Of a DNA stretch of 64,000 nt, positions 20,076 to 29,784 are shown one piece after another. The DNA is from a virus. Under the pieces are notes generated by a model that searched no databases, had not been told where the DNA came from, and saw only the letters and a list, made by a program, of their open reading frames with translations. How positions within the stretch are numbered: position 1 is the stretch's first letter; every line of letters begins with the position of its first letter. The stretch lies in IMG/VR virus record IMGVR_UViG_3300009149_000023, positions 9,097 to 73,096 of that record, one strand, 5' to 3'. The position numbers were made by a program, and so were the translations under genes.

Positions 20076-20349
20076 TTTTCTAAAACTTAAGTGCAGGTTC
20101 GCGGAGATGGTTAATTTGAGGCTTTTACTAGAACAATGTGTCTCTATTACGAAACAAACATCAAACCACGACTCTGTACCCATAATAGTTTGTTATCTTC
20201 CAGGAAATGGTAATCAAGTATTTTACTATGAAAGTCACCAAGAGAATCTGCGTGACGCTGACTATGACAGATTATTCATGTATTTAAATGACATACAAGA
20301 TACAAAAGAAAAACAACTCACTAGAAAATTAAATATGGAAGATAATTGA
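20068..20349 (+). CDS. Hypothetical protein
   Basis: Overlapping ORF in the array. Confidence 0.55.
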   Translation: MINFLKLKCRFAEMVNLRLLLEQCVSITKQTSNHDSVPIIVCYLPGNGNQVFYYESHQENLRDADYDRLFMYLNDIQDTKEKQLTRKLNMEDN

Positions 20350-20357
20350 GGTAGTTT

Positions 20358-20618
20358 ATGAAAGTTAGAACAGGTTTTGTTTCTAATAGTAGTTCTGCTA
20401 GTTTTGTGATAGAAGATTTTACTTACCATATAACAGTTGAGCAAACCTATGCGCTTCTTAACTGTCATGATAAAATAAACGATTGTTGGGAAGTAAATGT
20501 AAGAACAGGAGAGCGTCCTGAACTTAGAGGACACACTTTTATGGATAACGGGGACATGAGTCAATTTATGAATAAGATAAAAATACCTAAAGAATGCGTA
20601 GAGTGGGATGAAGACTAG
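20358..20618 (+). CDS. MK.R.GFVSNSSS-motif family protein, function unknown
   Basis: N-terminus MKVRTGFVSNSSSASF, a motif I recognise from uncharacterised phage and bacterial proteins. Confidence 0.7.
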   Translation: MKVRTGFVSNSSSASFVIEDFTYHITVEQTYALLNCHDKINDCWEVNVRTGERPELRGHTFMDNGDMSQFMNKIKIPKECVEWDED

Positions 20619-20877
20619 TAACTTTAATTTCTTGCATCAAAGACAAATTGACTATACGTTTCAGCCTGTATTGTTTGGCAGAAGGGAGTCTGCTTTCACT
20701 GTCCTTTACTCATACAGTAGAACTTTTCATAAAAGAAAAATATTAACAAAAAGGTACTTTAGCCAGTTCACATTACTAAATAGAAAAGAAATAATGCATA
20801 TAGAAAAGAGAAAGGATAATTGGTTACATACTTGTTTATTTTTTGTGAGGTTTAACGATGAAAGATGTTTGCCATGA
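20608..20877 (+). CDS. Small hypothetical protein
   Basis: Overlap-coupled ORF. Confidence 0.5.
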   Translation: MKTSNFNFLHQRQIDYTFQPVLFGRRESAFTVLYSYSRTFHKRKILTKRYFSQFTLLNRKEIMHIEKRKDNWLHTCLFFVRFNDERCLP

Positions 20878-21148
20878 TTGTATCCTACAACGTTATCTAC
20901 TTAAATCTGCAAAACATATAATGCCTGATACAACTGGACAGTGGGATGTAGTAATTGCTAAACCTTATAGTCCAGGTAATCCCGAGGAAGATGCAGAACT
21001 TACACGTATTGTTAATAGAGAATGTTTTTTAAATACGATGTTTTCAGGAGTTATACAAGAAGTGATTACATATAGAAACGGAACTAAAATTACAGTAATA
21101 GAACCCCGATTAGCTGTGAGGAGTATACATTGTCAACTACTCAAATAA
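20858..21148 (+). CDS. Small hypothetical protein
   Basis: GAGG SD, overlap-coupled. Confidence 0.5.
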   Translation: MKDVCHDCILQRYLLKSAKHIMPDTTGQWDVVIAKPYSPGNPEEDAELTRIVNRECFLNTMFSGVIQEVITYRNGTKITVIEPRLAVRSIHCQLLK

Positions 21149-21477
21149 AGCCACGTGAGCAAATGAGTTTTATAGGAACGAATGATACACCTAGAGACTT
21201 TTGTCATATTATTACTGCAATATGTAAACCATGGTGGGTACGTAATCATCTTCGGTATGCTGTGGAACCAAGTTATACAGGAAGTGACTATGGTTTTTCT
21301 ACATTCTCTTCAAATGATCAACATATACTTGCAGCAGCTGATTGTTATTGTTTTGGTAATAGAGTTGAGATAAGGAGTTATGATTTTAATGAAGCTTATT
21401 CGAGGAATGAGTATGATTGCAAACCAGCTAATAGTCGCATAAGTTGGATAACGGAAAGAAGGTATATATGGTCATAG
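21130..21477 (+). CDS. Small hypothetical protein
   Basis: TTG start behind GAGGAG. Confidence 0.5.
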   Translation: MSTTQIKPREQMSFIGTNDTPRDFCHIITAICKPWWVRNHLRYAVEPSYTGSDYGFSTFSSNDQHILAAADCYCFGNRVEIRSYDFNEAYSRNEYDCKPANSRISWITERRYIWS

Positions 21478-21731
21478 CTTCGACTGATGTTTCATTGTTT
21501 CCTACATGTAACATATCACGACAAGAATCTTCTCAACGATATTTAATAAGCTGTTTTTTACAAGCACGTGTTAATCGTCAGCAAGAATGGTTTAACCATG
21601 AGGAGCATTGCATTATGTATAGACGACTGTTTGGTTCAACCCGCCATCGGCTTATTTTAAGCAGTGTTAAAGGTGGCTATACACTAATAACATCTATATT
21701 TAATAATGAGGGGAAGCGCGAGTATTTATGA
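21468..21731 (+). CDS. Small hypothetical protein
   Basis: Start reassigned to ATG 21468 behind GAAGGT. Confidence 0.5.
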   Translation: MVIASTDVSLFPTCNISRQESSQRYLISCFLQARVNRQQEWFNHEEHCIMYRRLFGSTRHRLILSSVKGGYTLITSIFNNEGKREYL

Positions 21732-21945
21732 ATGACATTGACAATCTTACATTTTTTAAATCCTTCTTTGTTCTAAATATGAACTAACACATTTTAGGAA
21801 GGTAAGGGCTATGAATACTAGATGTATAGAATTGAGTTGTGACACAGCAGCTGAAGCCCTCATAAGTTTTTATATATTTTCACATTCTTGTTTCATTATA
21901 GACAAGGGTGAAAAAAGCTCGATAGCACGAAGAAGGTTTTTATGA
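21728..21945 (+). pseudogene. Frameshifted paralogue of 21942..22169
   Basis: MNDIDN... start. Restoring one base near TTTTTTAAA (21752-21760) gives a frame reading ELTHFRKVR...DTAAEALISFYIFSH...RRFL, collinear with the next gene. Confidence 0.6.
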
Positions 21946-22103
21946 ATGAAATTAACATAGACTACTTTACTGTAAAGTTTCAGAATGAGGATCGAAAATT
22001 GATATATTTTAAAAGGGGACGAAGTTTTGAACATAACTGTCATACAGCAATTCTTTATGATACAGCAGCTGAAGCCCTCATAAGTTTTTATATATTTTCA
22101 CAT
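21844..22103 (+). repeat. Exact 42-bp direct repeat (21844-21885 and 22062-22103)
   Basis: ACAGCAGCTGAAGCCCTCATAAGTTTTTATATATTTTCACAT occurs twice. Confidence 0.95.
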
Positions 22104-22169
22104 GCAGCTTATATCGTTGAATGGTGTGACAAGCGTGCAGTAGAACAAAGGAGGTTTTTATGGGTTTAA
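21942..22169 (+). CDS. Small hypothetical protein
   Basis: ATGA overlap; intact paralogue of the upstream frameshifted copy. Confidence 0.6.
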   Translation: MNEINIDYFTVKFQNEDRKLIYFKRGRSFEHNCHTAILYDTAAEALISFYIFSHAAYIVEWCDKRAVEQRRFLWV

Positions 22170-22711
22170 AAATAGCAAAGCTTTCTGAGAATTTTTATCA
22201 GAAAGAGGAATTACGATTCATTAAATACTGTTGCCAGAAATACTTAGATAAGAATCCTGGCTGGAGAGATGAGTTTGACGAACAATTTCATATTAGATTT
22301 TGTCATCATATGTGTACATGTTGGATGGATGATAAATGGTTTGATGATGAAAACTTCCTGATACGTATGATGGGTATGTTATTTTGCGGCGTTCCAAGAA
22401 TTGTTAATAACAAAGAAAGAGCTATGCAAGTATTGTCGGAGCTCTATAGCTTAACGCAGGATAGTTTAATTACCTTATCAGAATTAATAGGTGAATTATC
22501 CTATAGAGTAGTAGAGGATCGTAAAGAGTTTAAGTTTCATGATTTGAATACTTACTACCTTAACAGTAGATTTGAATATATTTTTGAGATAGTAAAAACT
22601 CCTGCAATAGTTAGAGTACTTACTTTCCTAAAACCATACAATGAGCAAATGCATAAGATAGTAAAAAACGAACTCATAAAGGAAAGTGATAATGAGGTTA
22701 TAGGAGCATGA
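22160..22711 (+). CDS. Hypothetical protein
   Basis: AGGAGG SD, 183 aa. Confidence 0.7.
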   Translation: MGLKIAKLSENFYQKEELRFIKYCCQKYLDKNPGWRDEFDEQFHIRFCHHMCTCWMDDKWFDDENFLIRMMGMLFCGVPRIVNNKERAMQVLSELYSLTQDSLITLSELIGELSYRVVEDRKEFKFHDLNTYYLNSRFEYIFEIVKTPAIVRVLTFLKPYNEQMHKIVKNELIKESDNEVIGA

Positions 22712-22977
22712 CTAAATCAATCTTTAACCATATCTCACACTCCTATATATTTCAGAATACTGCATTAAGTCAAAAGAAGTTTTCTGAAAGGATAGTAACA
22801 AGTTACCCACACCATAGAAAAAGAACAGTAATCTTAGAGCTCACATTACATCAGATGATTATTGCTTATGCCTATCAATTTTTGTTTACTATTAGATGGT
22901 TTCCTTTAAAAGACCCTCGTCACTTAAACATAAGTCTCCTAAGGCCACACCTCTACAACTGGAAACACACTAAGTAG
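22708..22977 (+). CDS. Small hypothetical protein
   Basis: ATGA overlap. Confidence 0.45.
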   Translation: MTKSIFNHISHSYIFQNTALSQKKFSERIVTSYPHHRKRTVILELTLHQMIIAYAYQFLFTIRWFPLKDPRHLNISLLRPHLYNWKHTK

Positions 22978-23021
22978 CCGTTTTGTATTAATATCTTATA
23001 CATAAAGGGAGGGTTCATGAA

Positions 23022-23411
23022 ATGGCTTTAGGGTCCCACATAATAGTTGATTTAGAAAATTGCGACAAAGCTTTGCTTAACGATGCTACCTTTATTGAAC
23101 AACTTCTAAAAGACGCTGTAGTTGTAGCAGGTGCTACCGAGTTAAATACTTATGTACACTCATTTAATCCGCAAGGTATAACGGGTGCTACTGTTTTAGC
23201 TGAGTCACATATCACTATACATACTTTTCCAGAGTTAGGCGTAGCTTGTTTAGACGCTTTTACTTGTGGAGATCATACCAAACCACAAGCAGCTATTGAT
23301 CATATGGCTAAAGCATTGAAAGGAACGATGAATGAAATAACTGGTCTTACTAGAGGGAAAGATTTTAAGTTTCTTACCGAAGAAGAAAGGAATGCTATAG
23401 TTTATGACTAA
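23022..23411 (+). CDS. speD: S-adenosylmethionine decarboxylase proenzyme
   Basis: G.HIIVDL..C, HSFNPQG.TG..VLAESHITIHTFPE.G....D.FTCG, including the autocleavage E/SH site. Confidence 0.93.
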   Translation: MALGSHIIVDLENCDKALLNDATFIEQLLKDAVVVAGATELNTYVHSFNPQGITGATVLAESHITIHTFPELGVACLDAFTCGDHTKPQAAIDHMAKALKGTMNEITGLTRGKDFKFLTEEERNAIVYD

Positions 23412-23523
23412 GTACGAACTCTTAGGAAACAGGGTGTTAAGAGAAAAGACATTGCTAAGAAATTTAATATGCGTTATGAGATGATTTGGGCTATTTGCAA
23501 GGATACTACATAAAGGAGCACAC

Positions 23524-23883
23524 ATGACTGACCACTCACTTTCTTATAGTGAAAAAGATGGCTGCCTAATCTTTTCACTACAGGGGCCTCTTAATTATAT
23601 TTCCTGTACTGTGCTAGAATCACAAAAACTTTACTTTGTTGAGAAAGCCGTGGAAGATAAAGTAAAAGCAATAATTATTGATTTTAGTGCTGTAGGCTAT
23701 GTGGATAGTGCAGGTATCTCTGTTTTGCTACAATACTACGCAGTTTGTAAAGATTTAAACATACCGTTAGCATTAATTTCAATGAATTCAATAGTATACA
23801 AAGTCTTTCGAATAACTAATTTAAATCGACTTTTCTTAATTACCAAGACTTATTCTGAAGCAATAGAATCCATTAATCAGTAG
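23524..23883 (+). CDS. STAS-domain anti-sigma-factor antagonist
   Basis: IIIDFSAVGYVDSAGISVLL...VYKVFRITNL is the SpoIIAA/RsbV signature, with the phosphorylatable Ser. Confidence 0.85.
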   Translation: MTDHSLSYSEKDGCLIFSLQGPLNYISCTVLESQKLYFVEKAVEDKVKAIIIDFSAVGYVDSAGISVLLQYYAVCKDLNIPLALISMNSIVYKVFRITNLNRLFLITKTYSEAIESINQ

Positions 23884-23897
23884 TTTCTCCTCATAAC

Positions 23898-23924
23898 GTA
23901 AAAACACAACAATTGAAGTAGTAC
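23898..23924 (+). promoter_or_regulatory. Putative phage-specific promoter GTAAAAACACAACAATTGAAGTAGTAC
   Basis: Near-identical to 7617..7643; precedes the fibre operon. Confidence 0.7.
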
Positions 23925-23942
23925 ACTTTAGTACTACTTTTT
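23916..23942 (+). terminator. Hairpin AAGTAGTAC-N6-GTACTACTT plus T run
   Basis: Perfect 9-bp inverted repeat overlapping the 3' end of the promoter motif. Confidence 0.5.
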
Positions 23943-23969
23943 CTGTGTTTATTCAAGGAGGTTTACCTT

Positions 23970-24380
23970 ATGCCAGCAAGAGAATTTAACAAAGAGAAGT
24001 TAGCAGCTTACTCTAAAAAGAAGCTTCATCCCCGTCACATCTATTCAGAAATCACATTCGACATTGAAAAGTTACCTGAGGACATAGGTAAAGGTTATCA
24101 GGGAATACTACTGTCTGACGGGTTTCCTATTATACACATTTCATACTTTGATTTCTTAGGACGTGTTGAGAAGAAAGCAGATGCTACGAAGTATATGACA
24201 TACATCACAGAAAAGTATAAAAGATTGGATGAAGTTTCTATTACAACTTGGGAGCTTCGCTCTCTTGTAGATGCAAAAGAACTTAGTCAAAAATTAATAG
24301 ATGAGTTGCTTGATTCATATGTAATGTATTTGAGACTGCAAGTACAGTATAAACCAGAAGCTGAACTTAGTAATGCATAA
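23970..24380 (+). CDS. Hypothetical protein
   Basis: AAGGAGG SD, 136 aa. Confidence 0.7.
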   Translation: MPAREFNKEKLAAYSKKKLHPRHIYSEITFDIEKLPEDIGKGYQGILLSDGFPIIHISYFDFLGRVEKKADATKYMTYITEKYKRLDEVSITTWELRSLVDAKELSQKLIDELLDSYVMYLRLQVQYKPEAELSNA

Positions 24381-24400
24381 TATAAAGGAGGAATACCTCG

Positions 24401-26539
24401 ATGTCTGACCAGAGTGCAATCCAACACAGATATCTAGATCCATTTGAAAAATTAACATCGGATACTACTAACAGGATTCTGATGGCTGTCTACCCAGACG
24501 GCAAAGGTTTGAAGACGGGACTAGAACTTTCAATTAACGGAACTGACCCTAGAGTAGTTGATGTTACACAAGGTGTAGCAATTAAGGACTTTGTAGTTAT
24601 CAACTACTTTGCGGACTTTACTATTACGTTCGATGAAGCAGTAGTACCTGATGATTACTATGTAGTTGTTCTGGAGTATAGATATCAGAAGATGTCTCCT
24701 CCTCCAATAGCAATTGTTAAAATCATTGAAGCAGCTGATTACTCTCCTTTATTTCATATTGTATTAGGAGTACTTCATGTAGCTGGTAACCAGATTGTAG
24801 GAATTACCAACCAGCATCCAACTATTCCTGAAATAGTAAGACCTGCTGCCGCATTAAGTGATCATAATTCACTTCCAAACCTTCAGGGTGGCCTTGCAGT
24901 AAGTGAATACTATCATTTGACACAAGCTGAGTATGCAATAGTTCATCAATTGTTTTTAGATGGACAGTTAGATCATAACGAACTAACAGGCATTCAAGGT
25001 GGTGCTCCTGGTTCAGGTGGAAGTCCTGGAGAAAGATATCATCTAACATTATGGGAACATGATCATGTACAGCAAGCTCTTGCAGGAACTTGGAAGGTTC
25101 CTTTTGCTGACAAGCTAGATGATCATCCTGCTGCAGATTTTTCTTTAGTAACACATACTCATATACATAATAGTTTGTCAGATTTACAAGGCGGTAATGG
25201 TACAGATGAGTTTTATCACTTTACAGTTGACGAACATTCCGATCTTCAGGGTGTACTTGATGGAACCTTTGCAATAGACGATTCCTTACGACTTGGTGGA
25301 AAGCTTCCTAGTGAGTATGCAGATGCTATTCATAACCATGTGCATAATACATTGGACAATCTGCAGGGAGGGAATGGTACGGATGAGTTCTACCACTTCA
25401 CTGCCTCAGAGCATGTTAATATCCTTGGGGTCCTTTCAGGCTCTTATAAAGCGTCTGATGCTGACTTACTTGATGGATTAGATTCTAGTGCATTTGCATT
25501 AGCTGTTCATACACATGTGCATAATGATCAGGTTGATTTACAAGGCGGCATATCTACTGAAAGATATCATTTAACATTAGCAAGCTATAATAATTTGCAA
25601 GGATTGATTGCAGGAACTATCTCAGTTCCTAATGCAGACAAACTTGACGGCTATGACTCAACAGATTTTGCAACAGCAACTCATACACATACTCACAATA
25701 GTCTTTCCAACCTTCAAGGTGGTAATACTACTGAACGTTATCACGTGTATAGTAATTGGTACAATGCTATGCAGAATGCGACAACACCTTCAAGTACAAA
25801 TCCATTTATGACTATAAATGATTTGTCAGCTATCCAGCATAATGCTATTGGTGGTCTACAAGGTGGAACAACTAATCAGTATTATCATTTCACACAGGCA
25901 CAGCATACTGGCTTAACTGGCGGTGGAGATGCTTCTGCTTATCATAATCACAATACATGTTATTACACTAAAGCAGTAGCTGACAGCAGATACTTAAGAG
26001 TAGATGGTTTTAATCCGATGCAAGGAAACCTTAACATGGGTAACAATCGCGTGCAGTATGTTGCTACTCCTGTAAGTTCTACTGACGGTGTAAACAAAGC
26101 GTATGTTGATGGTTGGACTCCTTCAGCGATTTGTCATAATGAATTGACTAACATTCAGGGCGGTACATCAACAGAAAGATACCATATTAGATTAAATCAA
26201 TATAATATGCTCACAAACTCTAATGGAACTGTTGACGATGCTTCAACAATGCATCATCACGATAGTTGTTATTATACTAAGACAACTTCTGATGGAAGGT
26301 ATCTCTTTGCAGCCGGTGGCTCAATGACAGGAACTCTAAATGCAAATAATAACAGAATTTGCGGACTTCCTTCATCACCTCTTACTGCAACAGAAGCTGT
26401 TTCTAAAGCATGGGTTGATTCCTTAGCAGGTGTTCCAACAGGAGCTGTTGTAGGTAAACAAACTAACGACGGCTTAACAGGTTTCGCAGCATTAAACATT
26501 CAAGACAGTGCCGGAATGTGGTTGTACCAGAAATCATAG
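24401..26539 (+). CDS. Tail fibre-like protein 1 (His-rich QGG..YH repeats, short tip)
   Basis: Eight HN.L..LQGG...YH repeats, ADKLDG...FA...HTH fibre motifs, NNR....P...D..NK.YVD stalk motifs. Confidence 0.75.
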   Translation: MSDQSAIQHRYLDPFEKLTSDTTNRILMAVYPDGKGLKTGLELSINGTDPRVVDVTQGVAIKDFVVINYFADFTITFDEAVVPDDYYVVVLEYRYQKMSPPPIAIVKIIEAADYSPLFHIVLGVLHVAGNQIVGITNQHPTIPEIVRPAAALSDHNSLPNLQGGLAVSEYYHLTQAEYAIVHQLFLDGQLDHNELTGIQGGAPGSGGSPGERYHLTLWEHDHVQQALAGTWKVPFADKLDDHPAADFSLVTHTHIHNSLSDLQGGNGTDEFYHFTVDEHSDLQGVLDGTFAIDDSLRLGGKLPSEYADAIHNHVHNTLDNLQGGNGTDEFYHFTASEHVNILGVLSGSYKASDADLLDGLDSSAFALAVHTHVHNDQVDLQGGISTERYHLTLASYNNLQGLIAGTISVPNADKLDGYDSTDFATATHTHTHNSLSNLQGGNTTERYHVYSNWYNAMQNATTPSSTNPFMTINDLSAIQHNAIGGLQGGTTNQYYHFTQAQHTGLTGGGDASAYHNHNTCYYTKAVADSRYLRVDGFNPMQGNLNMGNNRVQYVATPVSSTDGVNKAYVDGWTPSAICHNELTNIQGGTSTERYHIRLNQYNMLTNSNGTVDDASTMHHHDSCYYTKTTSDGRYLFAAGGSMTGTLNANNNRICGLPSSPLTATEAVSKAWVDSLAGVPTGAVVGKQTNDGLTGFAALNIQDSAGMWLYQKS

Positions 26540-26550
26540 GAGTAAGATAG

Positions 26551-29500
26551 ATGCCATCCCAAGACCTAATCCAAAGAAGGTCTTTAGACTACAAACAGCG
26601 AGTTATATCAGATACAGTAAACTTAAAGTTTGCAGCATTAACAGTCTGGCCTGACAATGTTGTAATAGATGGTTTTGAACCAATTAAACTATCCAATACT
26701 AAGCTGAAAATTACTCCTGGTTATGGTTTAAAGGACCGTGTACTCATAACGTACATAGACAAGGTAGAAATAGATACTACCTTGCTTGCTGACGCAGATT
26801 ACTGCGTGGTAATGCATTACGAACGGGATTTGGTAGAGCCGCCAAACGCTGCTGAAATAAAAACAATTACTTTAGCTGAATATCAAGCTAATAGCACTAA
26901 GTATGTGTTCTTAGCATATCTTGAAGTAGTTAATGGTTTAATTGTTACTTTGCTAGATCATCATCCTACCATCAGTACCATCAGAGTTCCTAGATGGGGA
27001 CACTCAGAACTATCAGGTCTCCAAGGTGGTAAGGTAACATAAAATGAATACTATCATTTATCTGAGGCTGAGCATACAGCCTTATCCTCTTTAGTTGTTT
27101 CTTCTACTTTAGATCACAATGCTGACCTTTCTAACATTCAAGGTGGAGACGTTGATGAATATTATCATTTTCTAGCAGATGAAGGGCTAGGCATCAGTGC
27201 TATTTTGTCAGACGATCAAGTTGCTTGGCATGCTAATTTTATCTATACAGATTTAGGCGGTTTTGTAAACGCTGACAAATTAGGGACATTATCTTCAACA
27301 GATTTAGCATTAGCTGTTCATACACATGAGCATAAAAGCCTTTCAGATCTACAAGGCGGTGTTGCGGATGAGTATTACCATTTTGATCAAACAGAACATG
27401 CAGGCTTACAAACTATACTGACATCCTCTGTTGTAGAAAATACTGAAAAGCTTGGAGGAAGATTAGCTAGTGATTTCGCATTAGCAATACACAATCATCA
27501 ACACTATAATTTATTAAATGTTCAAGGCGGTGCTGCTTTTCAGCAATTCCATCTTTCATTGAATGATAGAAATAGTATAAATGCTATTGCTAATGAAACT
27601 GTGCCTTTTCCTAATGTAGACAAGCTAGACGGAAAGGACTCAACTGGTTTTGCATTAGCAGAACATGTGCATAGCCATACTACTTCTTTTACAGGAAAGC
27701 AAGGTGGGACAACTAATCAGTATTATCATGTTAAGGCATCTTCTATCTCTTTCATAGCGAATGTTATTTCAGGAGCGCAGAAGATTCCTAACGCTGATCT
27801 TATAAATGGTAAGACAGCGGCAGATTTCGCCTTCTCAGGCCATACACATAATCATGGCAATATTAATAATACGCAAGGTGGCGTGTCTGGACAGAAATAT
27901 CACCTTACTAAAAACTTTTATGATTCGTTAAGTGCTTCCAACAGTCCGAGTGCAACTAATGTTTTATTAACTAAATCTTTTGTTAACTCAAACAACCTTC
28001 AGCATACTAATTTATTAGTGCAAGGTGGTCAGTATCATTTAACTAGTTCACAAGTAAATCTGTTAACTGGTGCTTTTGATGCTAGCTCGTTACACGTTCA
28101 TGGAAGTAGCTATTATACAAAAACTTTATCTGAAGGCAAGTATGTTAATGTTACAGGAGATTCTATCCCTGTTAATAGTTTAAGTATTGGTAATCATAAG
28201 ATTACTAATTTAGCTATTCCTGTTAGTTCGAGTGATATAGCTTCAAAAAGTTACGCGGATACTAAACTTGCTGGATCTTTAAATCATAATCAGATAGCAG
28301 GTCTTCAGGGCGGTTCCTTTAATGATTACTATCACATAAAAAGTTCATCACTTACTAATTTAACAACAAGTATTGATGGATCGCTTGAACATTTGCATGC
28401 TAGTAGATACTATAAGAAGTCAGTTGCTGATACTACTTTTATAGATGTCGCTGGTGATACTATAACATCCAATCTTAATATGAATGGGAACAGAATTAAT
28501 GTTGCTCCATTAGCAACAGATCCTACTGACATAGTTACTAAAAGCTATGTTGAGGCAGCAGGAGTAATAATTCCTACTGGCACATTGCTAAGACATACAT
28601 CTAACAATGCTACTGCTATGACTAGTAGTGGTTATGTACAAGTTAATAAAACAATATCTTTCCCTTCTCTAATAGCAGCAGGTTCTGCTGATACTCTTCA
28701 CAGGCATGTGTATCCTGTAGGTTTTAGCCAGAAAGGCGAGGCTGCAAGATTAAATAGTTATACTGTTGCTAATAACAGTGCTGACTCTCATGTATTTATT
28801 GTAGTAAAAGAAGACGTCCTTGCCCCGTACGGAGGAATGTTATATCAAGTTTGGTATTGTTATGATGCTAACGTAGCAACAAATTCAGTATCACTTGTGC
28901 AGACATTTACAAGTGAGCCTGTTTTCCCCGGACCTGTAAATCCTCCTCCACCTGACCCTAGTTACCCAGTTCCTGCTTTCTTAACATTTGTAAAGATAGC
29001 TGGAAAGTATTATTCTGTATTTGCAAATAGTTTACAAGAAAGCACTGACTTGTTATCATGGACAGTAAAAGCAAGTGTAGGTAACTCGTCAGCGAAGTTA
29101 GCATATAACGCTGTAGACAATACTATCGGCATTATCACAGCGGCAGGGCAATTTACTCGATATGATATTAGTGCAGGTACAAAGCTCGGTCCTATAAACA
29201 TGGGACTAGCTGGAACATCTATTGCAAACTTTGATATATTCCCTGCTTTAAGTAATACAGGAAACATTGTAGGATTTTATGTCTATAAAAAGACAACAGG
29301 AGAAATGATATTTATTAACATACTTAAAACAGGCGCAGCCTTACAGTATAAAAAGGTTTCCTTAGGCGTCACCCCTTCGGCAGGTAATCGTGACTTTACA
29401 ATGCTTAACGGAAGTGCAGGACATTTCCATATGATGGGCTATCCAACTACAGGAGGGCTTAATACTATATTAGCTCCTTGCGTTTATACTCCTGGTTATA

Positions 29501-29769
29501 GTTATGTTACAACATCTGTTGCCATTTCTAATTATGCATCCGCTGGTGTTTCTCAACATTACAGTGGTGGCTCTGCCTACGCTGTAGAAGTTGAACAAGT
29601 TGTAGGGCCTACTGATTACTTTACTTGGATAAAAGTACAAACAACAAAGTTTTCAGGTTCAAGCAATTATTCAGTTCCTGCGGTGTCAATGTCTGTTAGA
29701 GCAGATACATCAGTTGTTAATGATAGAATGTTACTTGAGCAATCTAATTTTTATTATAAGAAGTTGTGA
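26551..29769 (+). CDS. Tail fibre-like protein 2, one frame interrupted by an in-frame TAA at 27040-27042 (readthrough, nonsense allele or sequencing error)
   Basis: Track ORFs 26551..27042 and 27205..29769 are in the same frame. The junction reads LQGGKVT*NEYYHLSEAEH against LQGGQKTTDEFYHLSEAEH in the paralogue. Confidence 0.75.
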
Positions 29770-29784
29770 GGGAGGATACACTAA

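Noticed and set aside
21844-22103. DGR template/variable repeat or CRISPR repeat
   Set aside because: Only two copies, both in coding paralogues. Flanking differences are not adenine-specific, and no reverse transcriptase or cas gene is in the window.
23404-23484. Short ORF MTKYELLGNRVLREK resembling a peptide deformylase N-terminus
   Set aside because: Only 26 codons with no catalytic motifs. The alternative frame continuing speD explains the region better.
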